Shown: positions 55,315 to 64,000 of the stretch, piece after piece | Layout of the letters: every line of letters starts with the position of its first letter | How positions within the stretch are numbered: position 1 is the stretch's first letter | Source of the DNA: Hyaloraphidium curvatum SAG 235-1 | Taxonomy: Eukaryota > Fungi > Monoblepharomycota | Direction: 5' to 3' | Assembly (NCBI GenBank): GCA_025558095.1 | Contig: JAIVFI010000040.1 | Coordinates: forward strand, 1-64,000 | DNA length: 64,000 bases | Program-made: the position numbers and the translations under genes | The notes under the pieces: model-generated | What the model was told of the DNA's origin: nothing | Databases searched by the model: none | What the model saw: only the letters and a program-made list of their open reading frames with translations

Positions 55315-56923
55315 TCAACCCGGGCACACGCTCCCCAGCGCCACCGCGACCCCGAACCCCCTCGCGGCCCCCCACGCCGCGAACGCCACGGTGGCCAGCG
55401 ACACCAGCAGCGCCCTCAGGCTCCCGTAGCCGACCTCGAACCCCAGGAACTTGCGCCGCGCCTGCAACGATTCGGCCACGCACCGCGCGAGGAACCCCGC
55501 GTGCGCGGCGAGGTGCGCCGCGGGGGGGAGCTGCGGCGCGTTGGGGGGCTGCGCGAGGACGAGGAGCTCCCCGATTTCGGAGAGGGCGAGGGAGTAGAGC
55601 TCCCCCGCGAGGGCGATCTCGCGGTTGGCCGCGGCGGCGGACCACAGGTCCACGAGGAGGTGCGCGAGGTAGTAGGCGAGGAAGGCGACGGTCCATGCGG
55701 GGACGCAGCCGCCGATGGCCTGCGGGGAACGGTGGGGCGGTCAGTGGGCGTCGCGGCATTGTGGTAGGGAGGCGGCCCACGATGCTGAGGGCCACCAAGG
55801 CGGCGTAGAGGCCGATGAAGACGGGGAAGATGTGGGAAAGGCTGAAGAAGGCAAACTCGAGGCGCCAGCGGGGGCGCAGCTCGGCGTGGAACTGCATGTA
55901 GGGTTCCGCGGTGCCCCAGAGGTCGCCGGAAGCGGGGAAGGGTGCCTTGTCGACGATAGCGCGGCGCGCGCGGGCGAGGAGGGCGCCGAGGGCGCGGCGG
56001 AGGAGACGCCGGCGGACGCGGCCCTCGATCTTGACGAGGGTAAAGTCGGCCTGCTGGACGGTGAAGGGCTCCAGAGCCACGGTCGGGATGAGGGCACATG
56101 CGAGCACGGCCAGAAAAATGCTCCACCAGTGCGCCCATATCTCCGGCGCTGCAAACAGCGGCGTCCACAGGAGCATCACCCCCGCGACGGTGAACAGGGC
56201 CGCGTACAGGCACCTCACGGCGAGCCACTGCGCCGGTGCCGCGTCCAGCAGCCCGCCGCAGCATGCCGATCCGGAGCACGGGCACTCGTCGTCGCCCTCG
56301 TCGTGGCCGAGCAAGGTGCCGGGGAGGAGGCCCGAGCGGTCCGGCGGCCCGACGCAGCGGAACCAGGCGGGGAGCAGGGCGAGCTGCCGCAGGAAGCCGG
56401 TCGCCATGCGCCGTGCCCCGAGCGCCGGTCGGATCCAGAAGGAGACGAGCATGCGCATGTGGTTCAGCATGGCGACAAACGTGCCCAGCGCGCGGTTGAA
56501 GGCCATCTGCCCGCCGAGCCACACGAAGGGGTCCGCGGCGCACGCAAAGGCGAGCACCGCGAAGCCGCCCGCCAGCTGCCGCGTCGGGGTGGGCGGCGAC
56601 AAAGGGAAGGCGAAGAGGGCGCAGGCGACGAGCGCGGCGGCCGATCCGTAGAGCAGCGCGTGGCGGAAGAAGATCGACGGCGGCGCCCACGACAGGCGGA
56701 GCGTGAGCGCCACCAGCCCGCGGAGGGGCCGCCACGGCGCGAGCGCGGCGAGCAGCCCCGCCTCGGTCGGCGGCGCGGCGCGCAGGGCTGCGGCGGGGTC
56801 GGCGGGGCGCGGCGCGTCCGACAGCGACTGCGGGGCTGGGCCCGGCAGGGGGAACGCGGCCGCCCAGTCTTCCGCGGAGAAGAAGCCGCGCTTGCTCGGC
56901 TCCGGGTCGAGAATGGCCGCCAT
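55315..56923 (-). CDS. Family B multi-TM protein copy 2, 1 intron
   Basis: Intron 55720-55780 joins the frames; about 7 hydrophobic segments; GHDEGDDECPCSGSACC; tail RKFLGFEVGYGSLRALLVSLATVAFAAWG..SVCP. Confidence 0.8.
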
Positions 56924-56992
56924 TGGACCGCGTTGGGGGAAGGGGATGAGGGGAGTGGCGAGCACAGCCGCACAACACACACAGCCGATGAT

Positions 56993-58118
56993 GCATTCCA
57001 GTCTTTGGCAGGCATGGGCTTCACTCGGAGTCGTCGGCGCAGCGCGCAGGCACCGGCACAGCTCCGGCCCCGGCCCCACGGTCTCCGTCTTTTTGGCCAT
57101 CCAGAAGCGAAGCAGCTAGTGCTTCGGCACTAGAAGAATCTGACAGAAGGTGGCGCCGGCAAGCGACCAATGCCATCGCGTCTATCGGAAGATCCGATCG
57201 ACGTTTCCGCCCGGCCGCGCCCGTGGTCTCCGTCTCCGGCCCCGTCCGGCCCTCAAGGATCCGATTCCTGGATTCCATGGCTCCCGCGCCGCCCGGCGAC
57301 GGCGACACTCGGGTCATCGCATCGACCGGCCCGTCCGATCGATTGTGAGCCCGAGCCCGCCGTCTCCGCCCGTGACGCGGCGGCCATCTGATCCAGCCAA
57401 TTCCAGCCCGAATGGTCTGTCGGTGACGGTGGGGCTCCACGGCGCAAAAAGGGACGGCGGGGTTGGCCCGTCCTCGATCACGGTGCCGATCCGACCGTCT
57501 CCAAGGCCTCCCTGCAACTGGTGAAGCATCCCCGTTCGTCACACGTGCCCGTCCGCTGCTGGCTCTTCGCTTCGACAGCGGCTCCTGCTCTTCATCTCAT
57601 CGATGGCGCGCGGCCGTCGACGAGTCGATGCAGCGCCACTGTCTGCAGCGCCTGCCCGCCGTTGGTTCATCGCCGCTGGGAGAAGCCATATCGGTTGTCC
57701 CTCCGCCGTGGCCCAGCGGTCCTCCAGCGACGGCGAGTTTCCACGTATGAGACATCGATCGTCGGCGGGATTGCCGACGAATGCCCGGAAGATCGCCGTC
57801 TCCATTCGGCTTTACGCCTCCACTCCATTCGGCTTGCGCCTCGGGCCCGGCCACCATGCGTGCAGCTTCCGCCGCCGATCGGTGGCCGGGGAATGCCGCC
57901 GTCTCCGGGCCGCGCCGCCCTCCGGCTGGAAGGCGTAAGAAGCCCGGCCCCTCCTTCTCGTCCCGTCCCGAAAGCGGTCCCACCGACAGCTGCCCAAGGC
58001 AACCGTCTGGCGATGGGTATACTTGTCCACCACAACGCACCGGCGGCTGTCAGCGAGTCGGGAACGGGTGATGACGTGGAGCTGAAACGCGGGACCGCGG
58101 GCCGGGAGCCAGGTTGAG
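56993..58118. repeat. Non-coding repeat, copy 2
   Basis: Highly similar to 49613-50829, with small indels. Confidence 0.92.
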
Positions 58119-58249
58119 ACGCTGCGAGCGAGCTGTTCGAGCCGAATAGATAAGCCGCGCATCTCGACGTGGTGGGGAAAGCGGCATGGTGAAGTGGAAG
58201 CCGGCGACGGTGGAGCGCTCGAAGTCCAGAAAAACGTCGGCGATGCGCG

Positions 58250-59270
58250 TCCGCCGACATCCCGGTGCCGCCCCGTCGTCTCCGTCCTGCAGGCCCTCGC
58301 GGGGGCGGACCTTGATGATGCGTCGGTCAATGCGGCGGCGGCACGCATCGGACGAGCACATCGACCGGGAATGCGATCGGATGCGTCCGCCCGCGCCCGC
58401 CGTCTTCGCCCCCGTCCCCGTCCAGTCCCCGAAAGGCTAGGTCGCTTTATCCTGTGGCTGCAGAGCCTTTCATCGGCGACGGCGGACTGCATCCTCGCAT
58501 CGACCGGCGCGTCCGATCGATCGAGGCTCCGAGCCCGCCGTCTCCTTCCCGGCCGTGCCGCGGCTGTCGCGCATGGCTCATCCGGGGACGGTAGGCTTCC
58601 ACGCACACCATTGCCGGCAAGGTTGCCCTGCGTCCATCGGTTGCCGGCACCGGGTCCCACCGTCCCCGCGGCCTCGCGAGGAGAAGCTGCGATGGCGGAC
58701 GGCCAGCGACCAGTCGATGCGGACCCGCTGTCTCCCGCGCCTGCGTGCCGTTGGCGGGTCGGCGCAGAAGCCACCTCGGCTGACCGTGCGTCGTGGTTCG
58801 ACGGTCCTCCAGCGACGGAGAACTTCAATGGACGGTCGTCGGCAGGATTGCCGCCGACGATCTGCCCCGAAGATCGCCGTCTCCGTCCGGCTCGCGCCTC
58901 CGCCCCGGCCGGCCAGCATGCGTGCAGTCCTGCGGCCCGGGCCGGTGTAAGCACAGTTCCCTAGCTAGTTCGATCCGGTGACGGCGGCGAGGCCGGGGAA
59001 ATGCATCAACAGCTTCCGCCGTCGATCGGTTGCCGCGGAATGCCGCCGTCTCCGGCCCGCGCCGCCCTCGCGGGGAGGCGTGCCAAGCCCAGCGCGCCGC
59101 GCCGGTCGCGTCCCGTCCCGAAGCGGTCCCGCCGACAGCCGCCGAACCAACATTCCCAGAAGATGTGCAGAGTCGTCCGCCCATCACCGCGAAGCATCGG
59201 GCGGCTGTCTGCGTGTCCGGAGCGGGGATGACGTGGAGGTGAGGCGCGGGAGCGCGGGCCCAGCCCGAGC
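58250..59270. repeat. Non-coding repeat, copy 3 (more diverged, tandem to copy 2)
   Basis: Shared blocks include cgcatcgaccggc.cgtccgatcgat, gaagatcgccgtctcc and ccatcaccgcgaagcatcg..gatgacgtggag. Confidence 0.8.
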
Positions 59271-59475
59271 TGGGGCACCGGGAGCGGAGTATAGGAGCTG
59301 GATAGATGGTCTGCGAGTCCAGCCTATGGTCGTAAATGGGTCGCCCGGCGTCCTGTCCAGCCTTGCGTGGCAAGGGGCTGAAGTTAGAGTCGCGCGCTGT
59401 TTAGGGCGCTAAGGCCAAGTCCGCCACCGGAACTTCAGTCAGACGCGTCGATTCGAGTGCGCGCAGGCAGTCAAA

Positions 59476-62400
59476 ATGGACTCCGACGCGCCCCAAAACG
59501 GCGGCTCAGGGCCACGCGGCCGCGGCGCCCCGCGCGGGCGGTTCCGCGGGCGGTTCCGCGTCCCGCGCGGCGAGCGGGGCGGCCGCTCCCAAGGCAGCAA
59601 CGCGACTCAGCCCATCGAGGCGGCGGCCGCCGACCCGTTCTCCGCGGCGGGCTCGGAGGCCGTGCTCGACTTCTCGGCGCTGGCGGGCGTGCCGGCCGTG
59701 CGGACGCGCGCGTTCGTCGACATGCTGTCGGACGGCCAGGCCGCGGCGGACCCAGACGCAAGCTACCAGACATACGCCGATCCCGGCTATCCCGACGCGG
59801 CATACGCTCCCAGAGGCCGCGGGAGGGCCCGCGGGCGGGGCGGGCCCGGCGGCCCCCGCGCCCCGCGCGGCTCCTTCGACACCCCGATGCCCGCCCCGCC
59901 GCGCGACTTTGGCGCAGACCTTCGGGGACGCCTCCGCCCGCCGCGCTCCTCAGGCAGCATGCCGCAGTCGGCGGACACCGTGGACGCGTTCATGGACGCG
60001 CTGAGGAGCTCCGATGCGATGGACGACGACGGGCCTGAAGAAACACCCGGGCCGTCGGCGCAGCCGGGAGATCAGAAGGCACGGAGGAAGCAGCGGCCCG
60101 GCAAGCGCGACCGCGACCGCATGCGGGCCGAGGCACCCGCCGCTGGCAGCTCCTTCTCGTCGGCTGGCGCGGAACCATCGGGCGATGTGGAGATTGTCGG
60201 CGGATGGGCGGACGACCCCTCCCCGATCCCCGCCCCGCAGCCGTCGCACACACCCCTCCAGGCGGACCAGCCCTCGGACTCGGACGCCACGCTGGGCCTG
60301 CGCGTCGTACCCCGCGGCCGAGGCAGAGGCAGGGGCCGCGGAAGGGGCGGCGTGCCGGCGTACGAAGAGAGCGAGGCGAGCAGCAGCGCCCGCGAACCCG
60401 ACTCGGACCGCGGCGGGAGGGGCAGGGGACGCGGAAGGCGCAGGGGCGCGGACGGGTTCGTGCCGAGGGGGCACGCAGGGAGGGGAGGGCATCACCGGGA
60501 GGCGGATCCGGCTGCCGAGCGGGGAGGCCGCCACCAAGAAAGAGGAGCCCACCACCACGAGCGGGGCAGCCACCACCGCGGTGCGCTCTCGCAGCTCACG
60601 CACGGCCGTGGCGGGCACCAGCACCACGAGCGGGGCGGGCACGCGCACCAGTCCGACCGCGGCGCGCACCGCGGCGCTCACCAGCAGCACGACCGCGGGC
60701 ACACCCCCCACCGCGGCCGCGGCCGCCCCTCCCTCCCCCCCGACACCCCGCCGCCCTCCTCCGCCTCCCCGCGAGGGCGTGGCCGCGGCCGCGGCGGTTC
60801 CACCCCGTCGGGACTCGGCGCCCCGTCGCCCGGCCGCCGCCCCCCCTTCGACGAGCACCTCCCCGAGCCCGACCTCCGCCGCCTGCTCGCCACCGACCCC
60901 CTGTGCTTCTCCGCCGCGATCCGGCTGAACCGCCGCGCGCGCGACGAGGCGTTCGCCACGCCCCCTCCCGGCTTCCGCACGGGTGCCGCGCCCGGTGTGG
61001 ACGTGCTGATCGCGGGGAGCAGGATGCGCAACCGCGCGATGGAGGGGGACGTGGTGGTTGTGCGGTTGTTGGATGGGGAGGAGAGGGAGAGGGAGGAGGG
61101 GAGGAGGGACAGGGGGAGGAGGGAGAGGGGGGAGGAGGACTCGCGGCGGAACGAGGTGGCGAGGGGGGAGGGCGTGCAATCCGGGGGCGAGAGCGATTCG
61201 GAGGATGGGGACGGGCAAGACGGGGGGAAGGAAGCCTACGTGAGGGTGGAGGACAGGCCCGAGTTCAGGAACCCGCTGGGGAGGGTGCTCGGCATCCTGG
61301 AGCAGAGGAGGCACCCCGTCGTCGGGAGGGTGGTTCTGGATCCGTTCGAGGAGGAGGGCAAGGAGAGGCCGAGGAAGGAGGGGGAATGGCCGAGGATGGT
61401 GTGGTTCAGGCCGGTGCGTCGAACTCGGGGCAAATGTGCGATCAGTCGCTGACTTTGCTTGGGGTCATGACGCAGACGGACAAGCGCGTGCCGCTGCTCG
61501 CGCTGCCCTCGGAGGACCTCCCGCCCGACACCATGCGCGCGCTCCTGACGCGGCAGGCCCCCGCCACCGGCCCCGACCCGCGCACGACGCTCTACACCGC
61601 CACCGTCTCGCGCTGGCCCGCCACCTCGCGCCACCCGTTCGGCCGGCTCGGCGGCGTGCTCGGCGAGATCGGCCAGCTCGAGGTCGAGTCCCGCGCGCTG
61701 CTCGTGGACCACGACGTGCGCACGGAGCCGTTCGGCGAGGCCGTGCTGGACTGCCTCCCCGCGACGCCGTGGTCGATCCCCGACGACGAGATCGCGCGGA
61801 GGTGGGACCTCCGCTCGGAGCGCGTGTTCTCGGTGGACCCGCCCACGGCCAAGGACCTCGACGACGCGCTCTCGGTCACCCCGATCCCCGGCCGGCCGGG
61901 CTGGTTCCGCGTGGGCGTGCACATCGCCGACGTCTCCTTCTTCGTCCCCGAATCCTCCGCTTTGGACGCCGAGGCGCGCGAGCGCGCGACGACGGTCTAC
62001 CTCGTGCAGAGGGCGGTGCCGATGCTGCCCGCGCTGCTGTGCGAGGAGCTGTGCTCGCTCAACCCCGGCGTGGACAGGCTGGCGTTCAGCGTGCGGTGGA
62101 CGATGGACGCCGCCGGGAACGTGGAAGGGCAGCCGGAGTTTGGGAGGAGCGTGATACGGAGCTGCGCCAAGCTCGCGTACGGGGACGCGCAGGAGGTGAT
62201 CGAAGGGAGGGCTTGGGAGGGGGGGTACTGGAGCCCCGAGACGATGAAGCACCGCCCCCCTCCGCACGTCGAGGCGCCGCACACGTCGGAGCAGGTCGCC
62301 GAGGACATCAAGGCGCTGTGGGGGATGGCGAGGGAGCTGAGGAGGAGGAGGTACGAGGGCGGGGCGCTGTGGATGCAGAACGTCAAGCTGTGGTTCGCGC

Positions 62401-64000
62401 TGGACGACAGGGGGAATCCCGGGGGGGTGGGGGTCTACGTGCAGAAGGAGGCCAACAGGATGATTGAGGAGGTGGGTAGTGGGGCGGACTGGTCCGAGCG
62501 CTTTGAGATCTGACGGAAGCCTCTGTCCATTGACCCACAGTTCATGCTCCTCGCCAACATGGCCGTCGCGCAGCGCCTCGCCACCGTCTTCCCCGAGCAC
62601 GCCCTGCTGCGCAACCACGGCGCGCCGCAGCAAAAGGCAATGACCAAGTTCCTCGAGCTCGCTGCGCGCCTCGGCCACCCCATGGACGCCTCCTCCGCCG
62701 GCGCGCTGCAGGCCTCGTTCGACGCCATCCCGGACGAGAACGTGCGCCTCACCCTGCGGCTCATGTGCATCAAGCCCATGCAGCGGGCAAAGTACTTCTG
62801 CACGGGGATGCTGGACGTGGACTACTGGGGCCACTACGCGCTCAACGTGCCGCTCTACACGCACTTCACGAGCCCCATCAGGCGGTACGCCGACCTCGTC
62901 GTGCACAGGGAGCTCGATCGGGGGCTGAAGCACGAGGGGTGGGACCTTCCCGAGACGGAGGTGCAGGCCATCGCGGACAACTGCAACCGAAGGAAAGGTG
63001 GGACATCGGCGGGTCGGGCTGGTCTCGGATCGCGGTTGACGCCTCGGCGTTTGGCAGAGGCGGCCAAGAACGCACAGGACGCGAGCCAGAAGCTCTACCT
63101 CTGCGCCTACCTCGCGCAGCGCCAGGCCGAGGACGGAGGCGCCCCTCTCCACGAGGAAGCCATGGTCGTCGACGTGGCCGAGCGCAGCTTCGACGTCATC
63201 GTGCCCCGCTACGGCCTCGAGAAGCGGGTTTGGCTCGAGGACAGCGTCGAGGGCGGCGAGGTCGTGGGGTCGGCGTACGACGCCGCGACGATGAGGCTCA
63301 AGGTCGCGTGGAGGAAGCTGGGCGCGGACCTGGGGGATTTTGTCCCACCGTCGCCGGGGCAGCAGAACGGGAAGCGCGGCAAGGGCATTGACAGACCCGG
63401 GCAGGGCAACCGCAAGAAAGACAAGGGTAGGGGCAGGGCGGAGCCTCTGCCCGAGGACGGCCCCGCGTCGCCGCGGCCGGAGCCTTCGATTGCCCGCATC
63501 GTCAAGGACATGGAGCAGCTGGCGGTCGACGAGTCGCCCGCGGACGGGAGCTCCTCCGGCTTCGAGTCGGACGTGTCGAGCGAGGGCGATGAGGCCGAAT
63601 CAATCCGCACCCCGGAGAGGCTGGAGGTGCCCGTCGCCGCCGGCGAGTTGCCGGCGGACGAGATCCCGCCGACCCCGTTCCGCACGCCCGAAGGCGGCAT
63701 GGATTCCAAGGTGCTGGAGGCTGTCAACGCCGTGGACCGGGAGTTTTCCGAGGTGGGTGGATTCTGGGACCTAAGTCTGCTTCTATTAACCTCTTTCCCT
63801 ACCAGACGGAGGATGAGAAGGCCGCAAAGAATGCTCCTGCCGTCCCGACCATTGCAATTCCCACCCCCACTCCGCCTGCGGAGCCGGCCCCGACCACTGC
63901 TTCCCCGATCACGCCGGGGCGCCCGCAGCGCGTGATCCAGGAGATCGCCGTTTTCACCCGGCTGCTGGTGAAGCTGGAGGTGCTGATGAAGAAGTCGCCA
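59476..64000 (+). CDS. DIS3L2: DIS3-like exoribonuclease 2 (RNB family), runs off the right edge
   Basis: No PIN domain; RNRAMEGDVVVV, DPPTAKDLDDAL, HIADVS, TVYLVQRAVPMLP, HYALNVPLYTHFTSPIRRYAD; four short introns. Confidence 0.93.

Noticed and set aside
49613-59270. Repeats as a CRISPR-like array or an autonomous transposon
   Set aside because: No constant repeat-spacer structure, cas genes, transposase, reverse transcriptase, terminal inverted repeats or target-site duplication were recognised
1-64000. Bacterial origin or contamination of the contig
   Set aside because: Spliceosomal introns occur throughout, including inside bacterial-type genes, and Zn2Cys6 and DIS3L2 genes are interleaved

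Overview
This is gene-dense, very GC-rich eukaryotic DNA, not prokaryotic. Most genes carry short (about 52-65 nt) GT..AG introns, often with GCTGAC-type branch sites, and several genes are Zn2Cys6 regulators. That points to a fungus; an early-diverging chytrid/Monoblepharidomycete-like lineage is my inference. Left to right: the 3' end of a GST; a TMEM19/DUF92 gene; a three-copy family with an F-box-like N-terminus (one intact, two frameshifted) interrupted by an HXXEE gene; a ThrE/Prm10 exporter; a tandem-domain DsbA/HCCA-isomerase gene; and a DUF1254/DUF1214 gene. From 12.3 to 23.6 kb lies a cluster of seven small Pro-rich, regulator-like genes. Five share an FPxxVx[LI]P motif, and their Zn-binding N-terminus ranges from full Zn2Cys6, to CxxC-x12-CxxC, to none. 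Next come a membrane DUF900 hydrolase, a double-Zn2Cys6 transcription factor, a fourth family remnant, a Zn alcohol dehydrogenase, a CLC channel with an atypical filter, an F-box/nucleotidyltransferase-like gene, a CaiB CoA-transferase divergent from nadX, a kinase divergent from a bacterial-type PAS protein, a second DsbA paralog and a kinase with a signal-peptide-like N-terminus. The 49-59 kb region is rearranged, with a segmental duplication, a ~1 kb repeat in three copies, a beta-lactamase-family hydrolase and two multi-TM paralogs resembling gustatory-receptor-like 7TM channels. DIS3L2 runs off the right edge. No rRNA, tRNA, CRISPR array or transposase was recognised. All family calls come from motif recognition by eye, not database searches.
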